Both the position numbers and the translations under genes were made by a program. This document shows, in pieces, positions 48,616 to 60,022 of a stretch of 64,000 nt of DNA; the first letter of the stretch is position 1; each line of letters begins with the position of its first letter. Origin of the DNA: a candidate division WOR-3 bacterium (GTDB lineage Bacteria; Hydrothermota; Tepidihabitantia; B3-TA06); assembly GCA_965649265.1 (NCBI GenBank), contig CBFGKC010000005.1, positions 64,001 to 128,000 on the forward strand. Reading direction: 5' to 3'. Below the pieces are notes generated by a model. It saw only the letters and a list, made by a program, of their open reading frames with translations, made no database searches and was not told where the DNA came from.

Positions 48616-48713
48616 TGATCCTCCATTTTCGATTGTATTGTACCCCGTCAAGCAGATATGGCAAGGGGCGAACATCTGCGACGCTTTCGATCCGTCCGGC
48701 GAGTACGTATCAC

Positions 48714-48754
48714 TTGACACCGGAATCATCGCATTTATAATGAACATATGCTCA
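48714..48754 (+). promoter_or_regulatory. Promoter TTGACA-N16-TATAAT with near-palindrome TGAACATATGCTCA
   Basis: Palindrome sits at the predicted start site of the DUF134 operon. Confidence 0.7.
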
Positions 48755-48769
48755 AAACGGAGATGCAAG

Positions 48770-49192
48770 ATGCCCAGGCCCTGTAAATGCAGAAGAATCG
48801 CTCGCGAGTATGGAATAGGGTTCTTTGGACCCAAGGGAATTCCCATGCGTGAGCTTGAACGTGTGGTGCTCACCCATGACGAACTCGAGGCTCTGCGGCT
48901 GGTCGACATGGAAGGCATGTATCAGGAGGATGCGGCCTCGATGATGGAAATATCGAGACCCACGTTGTCGAGACTTCTTGAGGTTGCGCGGAAGAAAATC
49001 GTTAGCGCGGTGATCGACGGCAAAGGCATCGAGGTAGGCGGCGGGAATTTCCTCGTCGAAACTACCGCTTCGGGCTCTCAGGGACGATGCAGACGCCGGG
49101 ACAAAAGTACCCCAAAAAGATGCAAGCGCTCTACCACGAATGCATCGAATGCTGCCTCTAGGATATTAAATAATAACAAGGAGAACTTGTGA
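48770..49192 (+). CDS. DUF134 (UPF0251) HTH protein
   Basis: MPRP.K.RRI, ELEALRLVD.EG.YQE.AA..MEISRPT. Confidence 0.92.
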   Translation: MPRPCKCRRIAREYGIGFFGPKGIPMRELERVVLTHDELEALRLVDMEGMYQEDAASMMEISRPTLSRLLEVARKKIVSAVIDGKGIEVGGGNFLVETTASGSQGRCRRRDKSTPKRCKRSTTNASNAASRILNNNKENL

Positions 49193-49569
49193 AAATAGCC
49201 GTTCCTTCGGATGATGCAATCACGATAGCCCCCCATTTCGGCAGGGCAAGATATTTTATTGTATTCGACGCGGAAAAGGGTAAAATACTTAAAAAGGAAC
49301 TTGTCGAGAACAACCCGTACCATAACGATCACGTTCACGATTCCGCTCACGAGCACGGCGTCCATCACAGCCACGAGAGATTCGTTTCGCTTCTCGCGGG
49401 TTCCGAAGCCGTAATCTGCCGCGGGATGGGCAGGAGAGCGGTCGTTGATCTTGTTGAGGCCGGGATAAGGCCCGTCTTTACCGAACAGGAGAGTGCCGAG
49501 GATGCGGCTGCAGCATTCTCCGGTGGAACGCTGGAGGAATGCGCACAACCCGATTGCGGGCATCATTAA
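49189..49569 (+). CDS. NifB/NifX family Fe-Mo/Fe-S cluster-binding protein
   Basis: HFGRARYF, His-rich loop, ICRGMG. Confidence 0.9.
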   Translation: MKIAVPSDDAITIAPHFGRARYFIVFDAEKGKILKKELVENNPYHNDHVHDSAHEHGVHHSHERFVSLLAGSEAVICRGMGRRAVVDLVEAGIRPVFTEQESAEDAAAAFSGGTLEECAQPDCGHH

Positions 49570-49628
49570 AACGGGCGATCTGAGGTGCGGCAAATCGAAT
49601 ATCAGAGAGAATTTAAGGAGACACACCA

Positions 49629-50471
49629 ATGATCCAGTCCGAGGAACAGATTAAAAGACAAAAGGAATTAGACGCAAGACTCAAGGAAAATCTCGCAAGG
49701 ATAAAGATGAAGCTTCTTGTCCTTTCGAACAAGGGCGGTGTGGGAAAGAGCTTTGTTGCAACAAGCCTGGCGCTTCTTGCAGCAGACAAAGGCCTGAAGA
49801 CGGGCATTTTAGACGCCGATATCCACGGCCCTTCTATCGCGCACCTGCTCGACTTCGACGGTATGCCCCTGGCCGTATCGGAGGACAACACAATAGAACC
49901 GGTGCAGGTGTCGGATAATCTCGTTGCCGTGAGCACCGCATCGCTTTTGAGATCGAGGGACGACTCAATCATCTGGCGCGGACCCCTCAAGATGGGACTT
50001 CTCAAGCAATTTCTTGCCGACGTTCGGTGGGGAGCGCTCGATTTGCTCGTGGTCGATTCACCGCCCGGGACTGGCGACGAACCTCTCTCCATCGCCCAGC
50101 TTATAACCGATATCTCTGGTGCCGTTGTTGTCACGACCCCCCAGGACGTCGCACTGCTGGATTCGCGCAAATGCCTGAGTTTCCTGAGCCAGTTGAACAT
50201 TCCCACGCTCGGCATAGTCGAGAACATGAGCAGTCTCGTTTGCCCGCACTGCGGAAAGACCATTGACGTATTCAAGCAGGGCGGCGGCAGGCAGGCGGCT
50301 CTCGATCTGGGCGTTCCCTTTCTGGGCGCCATACCGCTGGACCCCGAGATAGTGAAAGCTCAGGACGCAAGCAAGCCCTACGTTTTGGAGAACCCCGAAA
50401 CCACGGCGGCGAAAGTTCTGTCTTCCGTGGTCGAGGAGCTGAGAAAGCTCTCCGCTAGCCAGGAAGTGTAA
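49629..50471 (+). CDS. mrp: Mrp/NBP35 (ApbC) Fe-S carrier ATPase
   Basis: KGGVGKS, DADIHGPS, DSPPGTGD, ENMS..CPHC. Confidence 0.93.
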   Translation: MIQSEEQIKRQKELDARLKENLARIKMKLLVLSNKGGVGKSFVATSLALLAADKGLKTGILDADIHGPSIAHLLDFDGMPLAVSEDNTIEPVQVSDNLVAVSTASLLRSRDDSIIWRGPLKMGLLKQFLADVRWGALDLLVVDSPPGTGDEPLSIAQLITDISGAVVVTTPQDVALLDSRKCLSFLSQLNIPTLGIVENMSSLVCPHCGKTIDVFKQGGGRQAALDLGVPFLGAIPLDPEIVKAQDASKPYVLENPETTAAKVLSSVVEELRKLSASQEV

Positions 50472-50937
50472 CGGAAAACCCAGGATAGTCAGGGATAAAC
50501 GATTCCGGATTGTGAACGAACTTTTCGAGCCTGTGCTTGATTGCGTCGCGCACGCGTCTGAACGATTCGATTTCCCGCGAGCCGTGATCGGGGATCGTCG
50601 GATCAGGAAAAGGCCAGTGAAGGCTGGTTCCCGCTTCTCCGATGAATGACGGGCAGTTGGACTCCCCGCAGAGCGAAATGACGAAATCGAAAAACTGACC
50701 AGTGAACAGAGAGACGTGCTTGGAGCGGTACTCGGACACATCTATCCCCAGTTCGGCCATGACCTCGACAGCGAGAGGGTGGACAAAGGAGGGGGAGGTC
50801 CCTGCCGAGTGGACATCAAACCTTTCTCCGCCGAGATGGCGAAGCAAGCCCTCCGCCATCTGCGAGCGGCAGGAGTTGCCGGCACAGAGGAATAGAACCC
50901 TGACCTTTTTATCCATAGACATTTTTCCTGTTACCAT
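50455..50937 (-). CDS. arsC: Arsenate reductase ArsC (LMW-PTP fold)
   Basis: LFLCAGNSCRSQMAEG, ISLC..NCP, HWPFPDP; start may be a few codons downstream. Confidence 0.9.
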   Translation of the reverse strand: MVTGKMSMDKKVRVLFLCAGNSCRSQMAEGLLRHLGGERFDVHSAGTSPSFVHPLAVEVMAELGIDVSEYRSKHVSLFTGQFFDFVISLCGESNCPSFIGEAGTSLHWPFPDPTIPDHGSREIESFRRVRDAIKHRLEKFVHNPESFIPDYPGFSVTLPG

Positions 50938-50952
50938 AAGGGTTTAACTTTT

Positions 50953-51055
50953 TGGAGTGTAACAACCGTGTTGTTACCACACCTTGTCGTTTCTGCAACA
51001 ACCGCGTTGTTGCCTTACCGTATTGTTGCTGCAACGAGGCGCTCGTTGCACTCCA
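50953..51055. repeat. REP/BIME-like unit (3 palindromes, TGGAG...CTCCA ends)
   Basis: Hairpins GTAACAAC-CGT-GTTGTTAC, GCAACAAC-CGC-GTTGTTGC, TGCAACGAG-GCG-CTCGTTGCA. Confidence 0.9.
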
Positions 51056-51071
51056 TTTATCTATCAACGGT

Positions 51072-51626
51072 TCAGTAGTCATCATCCACGTCGATCCTGT
51101 CGCATGGAAAATTTCTTTGCAGATGTCGCAGGTGTTCTTTTTCGCTCTCGAATCGATGGTAATAACTTCCGAAAGGGTATTTTTCAGGAGTATCCACGTA
51201 TTCATGTTTGACTGGGTTGAAGTAAATGTAATTCAATCTCGCCAGGTAGGACTTCTCAAACGTTATACAGCTATCCCAGTAATTCCAAAAAACTCTTTTT
51301 GATAACTTTACCTCAGAGATATTTTTTCTGATCCAAAGCGCCGTAAAGCGATGAATTTCTGACATCATTTTCGATAATTGAGTATTTTCTATCGGTGCTT
51401 GGAGCATCAAGTGATAGTGATTATCAAGTATAACCCAGTCTTCAAGAATCCAGGCATACTTGGCGCAGCCCTTTACTATCGACTCAAGCAATCTCGATTT
51501 TGCTTGAGGTGATTTAAGAAAGGGCTTTTTGAGGTAAGTAGAAGCCGTTATGAAATACTTGCATCCATCAATAAAGAGATGAGGTGGGTTGTGTGCGTAC
51601 TGCTTGTAGATCAGATCTTCATTCAT
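51072..51626 (-). mobile_element. REP-associated tyrosine transposase (RAYT, Y1 HUH nuclease)
   Basis: YFITAST, WVILDNHYH (HUH), FW..WD..I, NYIYFNPVK, YPFGSY; AT-rich; flanked by palindromic repeats. Confidence 0.92.
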
Positions 51627-51648
51627 TTGACTCCTTCATGCAGCCCTT

Positions 51649-51989
51649 TGGAGTGCAAAAACCGCGTTGTTGCCTTACCGTATTGTTGCTGCAACGAGAC
51701 GCTCGTTGTACTCCACAACCATAATCTTCTTTCCAGCGAATCTGCCCTTTGGAGTGCGACAACCGCGTTGTTGCCTTACCGCGTCGTCTCTGCAACAACC
51801 GTGTAGTTGCCACACCATCTTGTTGCTGCAACGAGACGCTCGTTGTACTCCACAACCATAATCTTCTTTCCAGCGAATCTGCCCTTTGGAGCGCGACAAC
51901 CGTGTTGTTACCACACCTTGTCGTTTCTACAACAACCGTGTTGTTGCCTTACCGTATTGTTGCTGCAACGAGACGCTCGTTGCGCTCCA
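51649..51989. repeat. REP/BIME-like array: units of 67, 103 and 103 bp separated by two identical 34-bp linkers
   Basis: Units 51649-51715, 51750-51852, 51887-51989; linker CAACCATAATCTTCTTTCCAGCGAATCTGCCCTT. Confidence 0.92.
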
Positions 51990-51992
51990 CAA

Positions 51993-54248
<2,256 letters not shown>

Positions 54249-54340
54249 TTTACCTCTGTACCGGGTGATTTACCCCTCCCCCCCCCCGTGTGCAAGAAAC
54301 ATTTGCAAAAAGCAAGTTACCCGGTATGTGAACCCGAACC

Positions 54341-54547
54341 TCAGGGAAGCGGCGGATACCCGATTTCCGTGAGTTTCTTTTCGAAATCGCTCCATGCTGC
54401 CGGCGTGTCCCACATAACCCGTATCTGTTTGGTCGTGATATCGACTTTGACATCCTTGAAACCCGGAATCCTCGAGAGCTCGTTCTTGAGTTCGAGGATG
54501 GACGAATAGCCGTCAAGCTTCTTAACCTTGAAGATCATTTTATCCAT
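54341..54547 (-). CDS. HMA-fold protein lacking CxxC
   Basis: Aligns with its two neighbours (V.WD.PA.W....L.EIGYPP) but has no Cys. Confidence 0.75.
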   Translation of the reverse strand: MDKMIFKVKKLDGYSSILELKNELSRIPGFKDVKVDITTKQIRVMWDTPAAWSDFEKKLTEIGYPPLP

Positions 54548-54565
54548 ATAATCCTCCTCAAAGGA

Positions 54566-54772
54566 TTACTCCTCGGGCGGGTAGCCCATGTCCTTGAGAG
54601 TTTCAACAATTTCTTCCCATTTTAAGGGATCGTCCCAGCTTATCTCGGCGGTCTTGGAGCTGACGTCGACTTTTACGCCGGTTACGCCCTTCAGTTCGAT
54701 CAGCTCGCGCTCGATGGTCATTCTGCAATGATTGCAACTAATGGCGGGTATCCGGATCTTTTTTTCATGCAT
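54566..54772 (-). CDS. CopZ-like HMA protein
   Basis: ISCNHC. Confidence 0.88.
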   Translation of the reverse strand: MHEKKIRIPAISCNHCRMTIERELIELKGVTGVKVDVSSKTAEISWDDPLKWEEIVETLKDMGYPPEE

Positions 54773-54781
54773 AAGTACTCC

Positions 54782-54994
54782 TTAATCGCATTCCTTCGGA
54801 GGGTACTCGATTTCGTTTAACGTTTTAACTATCTCCTCCCACGTGGCAGGGGGCTCCCAGCGAACGGTAACCTCCTGCAAAGGCAGATTGACTTCTACGC
54901 CCTCAACGCCCCGTATAGCTTCGAGCTCGCGCTTAATGAGCTTCGTGCAGTAAGCGCAGCTGATGTTGGGGACTTTCACCCTTTTTGCTTCCAT
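54782..54994 (-). CDS. CopZ-like HMA protein
   Basis: ISCAYC. Confidence 0.88.
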   Translation of the reverse strand: MEAKRVKVPNISCAYCTKLIKRELEAIRGVEGVEVNLPLQEVTVRWEPPATWEEIVKTLNEIEYPPKECD

Positions 54995-55142
54995 TTCTGC
55001 TCCTTACTTACCTTCCCGGCTCCCGGCGCCTCTCCCATGATAGCTTGAGTATAATTCGAGAGCACTCTGGTACCCTGCGTTTTTGTAACCGCGAGCGACG
55101 CGTGGAAAGGCTGCTTTCCGGTTCCCGGACTTTAACGACAGC

Positions 55143-56660
55143 TCAAACATCTTGCTCCCAGTCCAGAAGCCTTCGCTGGTCTTCGAGTTTGCGGATTCCT
55201 GAGACGTCCTGCGAGACCTCGAGCGTCCCGCGATAACGGCCGTCCGCGTCCCTGAGGGCGAAGTAGCGGATGTGGATGAATTTCCCTGCAAGTTCTATCC
55301 AGAACTCGGCAACGTCCTTAGTTCCCTTGCGGAACTCGTCTATTATGCGCTGGACGATGTGCACGCTCTTGGGCGGGTGGCAGTTCTGCACCTTGCGACC
55401 GATGACGCCCGGCGTTCGTGTGAAAATTCGATCCTTTGTATCCGAGTAGTAGCGCAGCTCGTCGTTCTCGTCCACGAACGAGATATCGACCGGAAGACTG
55501 CGGAGCATGATATCGATTTGCTCGAGTGTGAGGGAACCCTCCCCCAGGGGGAGTCTCGCGTTCTTGGCAATGCTTTCCGGAAGATCCTTGAGATCCATCA
55601 GTTCTCCTTTTTCTTTGAAATCTTTTCTTTCTCCCGAGCCGCGTATGCCCGCGGCATCACCAGGCGATTGAGGTTTCCACTCATCCCCCGGACTCACGAA
55701 GGCGTATCCGATCTCTTCCTCACCCTTGCGGATTTTTTGCCAATCTTCCTCCGAAAGGTGCTCAAGCGCCATCGGAAAGAGCACGTGCTCCTCCTTGTAG
55801 ATCATATCGAGTATTGCGGGCGCGAGCTTTGACGCGTTTGCGGCGAACCCCTTGACATTTCCCGAGGCTAGGTCGCCGGATGCCGACTTGAGAAGCGCGC
55901 GAATCTGGTCGTGCACCTGCCACATGACTTGCGGCGGTGCGGTAACGCCCACCCGTTCGAGCGCGGGGAAGAGTTCGTGCTCCTTTCGAAGGTAGTGCTT
56001 GTCGATGAGGGAGAGGGAGGAGAGGAGCCCGGCGAGCGGACCTTTGCGCTCCGAAAAATTCTTTTTTGTGAGGTCGTTTGTAAGAAGACTCCACTCTCTT
56101 GCCAGCCTCTCGAACTCCCGGTTCTCGAGTTTTGCGGTGTGGACAGGATGCCCCGCAGGCAGATTCTCGCCGCCCTCTTTTTCGAGCGAGGAGCGCATGA
56201 CACGCACGTGCAGGTCGCACATAGCCGTTATCTCTAAGGGTGTTATGCCCTCGCGAACCAGTTCCTGCTCGATTTCGGCTATCTCCGCGGCGCTCACGTC
56301 CGCTATCTCCTCGCTGAAGCGCTTCTCGAGTGCCTCAGAGTTCACCCCGCCTGATGCATGCAAATCCTTGAGTATGGCCTTGATTTTTTGCGCTCGTTCC
56401 TTGAGCGCTTCAGGCGTGATTATGGCGACTTCCTGGCCTGTTTTGTCCTTGACGGCCTTTGCGATATCGGCGATGAACGCGTGCACGTCGATGCCGACGG
56501 TGGAGGCGGCCATCTCGAGAGTGGCTACCTTGCCGATGGTGTTGCGGGCCAGGGGATTCAGGAGCTTGGCGAAATCGGGGTTGTAGGACGATAAAAACTC
56601 TTCGAGAAAGGGATAGAGAGCGAGAAGTTCTGCCACTCGCGTTTTGGGACTCAAATGCAT
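55143..56660 (-). CDS. DUF1858/DUF438 hemerythrin-like plus PAS_10 protein
   Basis: MCDLH, GHPV, HYLRKE, VMW.VHD, KEE.VLFP, NCHPPKS. Confidence 0.9.
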   Translation of the reverse strand: MHLSPKTRVAELLALYPFLEEFLSSYNPDFAKLLNPLARNTIGKVATLEMAASTVGIDVHAFIADIAKAVKDKTGQEVAIITPEALKERAQKIKAILKDLHASGGVNSEALEKRFSEEIADVSAAEIAEIEQELVREGITPLEITAMCDLHVRVMRSSLEKEGGENLPAGHPVHTAKLENREFERLAREWSLLTNDLTKKNFSERKGPLAGLLSSLSLIDKHYLRKEHELFPALERVGVTAPPQVMWQVHDQIRALLKSASGDLASGNVKGFAANASKLAPAILDMIYKEEHVLFPMALEHLSEEDWQKIRKGEEEIGYAFVSPGDEWKPQSPGDAAGIRGSGERKDFKEKGELMDLKDLPESIAKNARLPLGEGSLTLEQIDIMLRSLPVDISFVDENDELRYYSDTKDRIFTRTPGVIGRKVQNCHPPKSVHIVQRIIDEFRKGTKDVAEFWIELAGKFIHIRYFALRDADGRYRGTLEVSQDVSGIRKLEDQRRLLDWEQDV

Positions 56661-56712
56661 CCTTAAACTCCTTGAGCAGTTCTCCTGTTAACTGCTTCGA
56701 TGAGGACTATTC

Positions 56713-56742
56713 GGGGCCGCCCCCTTCTAAGGGCGACCCCAC
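56713..56742. repeat. GTGG-type REP-like hairpin / possible terminator
   Basis: Reverse complement GTGGGGTCGCCCTT-AG-AAGGGGGCGGCCCC. Confidence 0.45.
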
Positions 56743-56771
56743 AAATTTTCTTGTGCCTGAGCGTCGGTGAC

Positions 56772-57266
56772 TCAGGACTTTTGCGCCATAAGGTACTTCG
56801 AGAGAACGGTTATGTGGCGCATCTCTTCTTTGATTATGTCGGCGACCCTGGCCGAACCCAGGCGCTCGGTGACCATCTCCTTGATGCCCAGGTAGAAGAC
56901 TATGGAATCCTTCTCGAGGCCTATGGCCTTCCCGAGAACGTCGGAGATATTCTCGGTGCCCGAAAGCATCTCCGAGGGGTCCTTGGTGTGATCGAACACC
57001 TTGCCGTCGGCCATCGCCTGAAGGTAGAGGGATTTCTCGTCGTAAGGATCGTAATCCTTGGTCTCGCGCTCATCGTTCGTGAGGTGGGAGCGGAGTTCGG
57101 TGAAGGTTTTCTCGTGCTCCTGCTCCATCGAGGCGAGTTCCAAAAGCAGCTTGCGCGCCTCCTCGTCGGTGGTGTTGGCCGCGGCCTTGGTGTAGAACCT
57201 GCGGCCGTTGCGCTCGATGCGTTCTGCGATTTCGAGTATCTCGTCTGCGTTGAAATTAATTCCCAT
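56772..57266 (-). CDS. Rubrerythrin-like ferritin-family protein
   Basis: AERIERNG..FY, MEQEH, LEKDSIVFY, EEMRH. Confidence 0.9.
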   Translation of the reverse strand: MGINFNADEILEIAERIERNGRRFYTKAAANTTDEEARKLLLELASMEQEHEKTFTELRSHLTNDERETKDYDPYDEKSLYLQAMADGKVFDHTKDPSEMLSGTENISDVLGKAIGLEKDSIVFYLGIKEMVTERLGSARVADIIKEEMRHITVLSKYLMAQKS

Positions 57267-57275
57267 TTTGCTTCC

Positions 57276-57830
57276 TCAGGCTCCGGGGTCTGCTGCGGCT
57301 GCGGCAGCCGCGGGATTGAGCACGGTCGCGGTGGAGATTAGCACCCTTGTTCCGAACTCCTTGTCGAGAAGGTAGAGCGCCTGCTTGTCCTCGCCCAGCA
57401 TCTTGAGCCTGTCGACTGCGACCATGGTCTGCTCTTCTTCCTCGATCTGCTCGTTGACGAACCAGTCGAGTATGCCCCGCAGCGCGGCGTTGTCCTTTTC
57501 GGCCAGGGCAAGGTCAACGAGGTCGTTTATCATCTTGGTGACCTTTAATTCGTGTTCGTATGCGGCCGCGAACGCCTCGACGGGAGTGTTCCAGGAGCCC
57601 TCGGGCTCGGCGATTGCAGCGAACGTGGGGTGACCGCCGCGGTTCAGGACGTGCTTGTAGAACCGCATGGCGTGACTCATCTCCTCGAACGCCTGCGCCT
57701 TCATCCACTGCGCGAAGCCGTCCAGGTTGCGCTCCTCGAACCACGCGCCTATGGCGAAATAAAGGTACGCCGCGTACAGCTCCGCGTTAAGCTGCTTGTT
57801 GAAGCCTTCTTCAATCTTCTTCGAGATCAT
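57276..57830 (-). CDS. ftn: Non-heme ferritin
   Basis: QLNAELYAAYLY, EEMSHA, HELKVT, WFVNEQIEEE. Confidence 0.93.
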   Translation of the reverse strand: MISKKIEEGFNKQLNAELYAAYLYFAIGAWFEERNLDGFAQWMKAQAFEEMSHAMRFYKHVLNRGGHPTFAAIAEPEGSWNTPVEAFAAAYEHELKVTKMINDLVDLALAEKDNAALRGILDWFVNEQIEEEEQTMVAVDRLKMLGEDKQALYLLDKEFGTRVLISTATVLNPAAAAAAADPGA

Positions 57831-57831
57831 C

Positions 57832-58239
57832 TCATTCCCCCTTCCAGAGCCCGTGGATGTTGCAGTGCTCGCGCGCGACGACGGAGGGGGAGGAGGGCGA
57901 GGAGGGCGAGGAGGAGGGCGGCATGGCGAACTCGGCCTGGGGTGCGTCGCCAGGCTTCAGGTGCTTGCGGTAAACGCGGCCCTCGGAATCGTAGATCTCA
58001 ATCCATTCTATATAGTGCTTTTCTTCCATGGGATGCGGTGCGCTGCCTATCTTTACGAGGTAGCCCGCTGCCGTCTTCTCGATGACGGGCACGTGCTTTT
58101 CCTTTGCGCCGTCCGAGGTGTTCTCCTCGAGAAGCTTCATGGGCTTGCCGTGGCACGAGTAGTCGCCGCAGCCTTCCTTGAAGACTTCGATCATGTCGCC
58201 GCAGTCCTCGCATTTATAGATTCTCAACCTTTCTGCCAT
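57832..58239 (-). CDS. dfx: Desulfoferrodoxin (superoxide reductase)
   Basis: [30 protein letters not shown]; start MAERL after GGAGG. Confidence 0.93.
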   Translation of the reverse strand: MAERLRIYKCEDCGDMIEVFKEGCGDYSCHGKPMKLLEENTSDGAKEKHVPVIEKTAAGYLVKIGSAPHPMEEKHYIEWIEIYDSEGRVYRKHLKPGDAPQAEFAMPPSSSPSSPSSPSVVAREHCNIHGLWKGE

Positions 58240-58321
58240 AATTCCTCCTTCGGATTTTGGCTGTTTTGTTTGCAAAACTCCACTTTCAATTTTATTATGA
58301 ACACGCCTGCCTGCCATTTCT

Positions 58322-58496
58322 AGTATAGGATGGATACAGGGCGTGTCAAGGCGCATGTCAAGTTTTGATTTGCATTTACCCGCAAGTGCGCGAGGTTCGG
58401 AGAGATACGCCGTTGAGAAGTTCATTTTCGAGTGTCGTAAAGTGCTTTTTATCGTCTCCATCGCAATAATTATAGGAATTTAGTAGGGTATGTCAA
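58322..58496 (-). promoter_or_regulatory. Two tandem promoters for the dfx-copA operon (TTGACA-N16-TATACT; TTGACA-N16-TATAAT)
   Basis: At 58322-58349 and 58469-58496. Confidence 0.65.
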
Positions 58497-58562
58497 GGTC
58501 TGGAACGGTCGTAAATAGGTTCGTTTTAAAGGGGGGATACAAAGATAAACCCCCTCCCTTTT

Positions 58563-58614
58563 TCCCTCTCCCCATCGGGAGAGGGGGGCGCTCCAGGGGA
58601 GCGCAGGGTGAGGG
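58563..58614. repeat. CCCTCTCCC...GGGAGAGGG...GGGTGAGGG palindromic interspersed element
   Basis: Inverted repeat; degenerate relatives near 232-375. Confidence 0.5.
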
Positions 58615-58747
58615 ATTTTTTTCGGGATCTATCTCAGCACTACAGTCTTTTTCGTAATACTCGACTTTCCGTTCTCAAGCTTCACGAAAATAGACGCTCC
58701 TTCGGAGCGTTGGAAGTTTAACTTCTATAACCTCAGGAGGTTAAACT

Positions 58748-60022
58748 TCAGTCTAAAACAACGACTTTTCTGACTATGCTTGAATGGCCAGTCTCTAGCC
58801 TGATAAAATACACTCCTGTTGCCAGCCCGGGCTTGAAACTCACCTTGCCCTCACCTTGTATGGGGAGCGATTCGATTCTGCGGCCCGATGGATCATAAAG
58901 GCTTATCGTGCCCTGCTCGCTATTAGGAATTGAGTAAGAAACAAGGATGGAGGAGGGGGTGTTACGGGCGACGTCGAGTTGGAGGGAAGGGGAGGGGTGT
59001 GTTACGGGTGTTACGGGCTCTTCGATGCCGGAGCCGTAGAGGGGCTTGAACATAGCATCGTCCTCGTCGGACTCGTCGGGTGTCATTACGGTGGAGACGG
59101 TGAGGGTGCAGCTCGCGGCATCCGACGGCTTGAACTCCTTGAAGGAAACCGTGTCCTCAGTGTCGGCGGCAAGCGACCAGGAAAGGGTGTCGGCGTATAC
59201 GACTCCGGAGCTGCCCTCGATGGAAGCTATCACAAGGAAGCTATCAGCCGCCTTGCGGCCAAAGTTCTTGATACGTGCAGTAGGGATGTAGGCATTACCT
59301 ATGGAATCCTTGGATAGGATAGCCTTCACACCCACATCGTAGTCCGCGTAACCGGTAAGCCGGATATCGTCAAAAGAGTTTTTAAGACCCCGCCAAGGTG
59401 GGTAATAAGCACCCCATCCGATGAAGCATATGCTGTCGATTATTGTTTCATTGGAAAAACTTGCTTTCGTCAAGTCCACCTTAACGTCCCTATTGAGAAA
59501 GTGCCATAAGGTGTCTTCGATAAAATCTTCAATCAACATGGCTTTTGTGGGCGGAATTGGAGTGGGATTTTGGTCAGAACACTTGAGAAGATAAACAGCA
59601 AAACGGTAATTCTTGTTACTGGGATCAGTTATAAAAAAAACGATACTGAATGCGTGCATCCAGTCGTAGTAGAGTTCTTTATCTACAATAATCGGAACTA
59701 CGGAGTAATTTAAGGTAAGGCTGTCTAGGTCCGTCATGATTTTAGGCATTACTAATCCCTGTATAACCACAGCCGAATCTACTTCATATGGCGAAGGTGG
59801 TTTTCTGGTATCGCAATAACCCGAATAATAACCTTTATAAGCTTTTGCAGAATCGTGTCGACTCACTGCGGTTGGATCAAGGTCTTTTCCGGTTCGTGTT
59901 TTTGCGTAAGTCATCCATGCGTCACTATTGTCTTCAAAGCTGTGATCTTTGATTAAGTTAACCTTCTCGAGGCCGAACGCGAGACAAGGTACAATCGCTA
60001 AAAAGACAATGATTCGCTTCAC
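58748..60022 (-). CDS. Secreted protein with CARDB-like Ig domain and T9SS-type C-terminal domain
   Basis: Signal peptide; DVGV..I...ARIKNFG; LYDPSGR...ATGVYFIRL...RKVVVL. Confidence 0.85.
   Translation of the reverse strand: MKRIIVFLAIVPCLAFGLEKVNLIKDHSFEDNSDAWMTYAKTRTGKDLDPTAVSRHDSAKAYKGYYSGYCDTRKPPSPYEVDSAVVIQGLVMPKIMTDLDSLTLNYSVVPIIVDKELYYDWMHAFSIVFFITDPSNKNYRFAVYLLKCSDQNPTPIPPTKAMLIEDFIEDTLWHFLNRDVKVDLTKASFSNETIIDSICFIGWGAYYPPWRGLKNSFDDIRLTGYADYDVGVKAILSKDSIGNAYIPTARIKNFGRKAADSFLVIASIEGSSGVVYADTLSWSLAADTEDTVSFKEFKPSDAASCTLTVSTVMTPDESDEDDAMFKPLYGSGIEEPVTPVTHPSPSLQLDVARNTPSSILVSYSIPNSEQGTISLYDPSGRRIESLPIQGEGKVSFKPGLATGVYFIRLETGHSSIVRKVVVLD

Noticed and set aside
49189-49569. Nitrogen fixation
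   Set aside because: The NifX-like domain occurs with DUF134/Mrp, a common non-nif context; no nifHDK genes in the window
51649-51989. CRISPR array
   Set aside because: Spacers are short, recurrent and partly identical; there are no cas genes; the adjacent gene is a RAYT, so REP/BIME fits better
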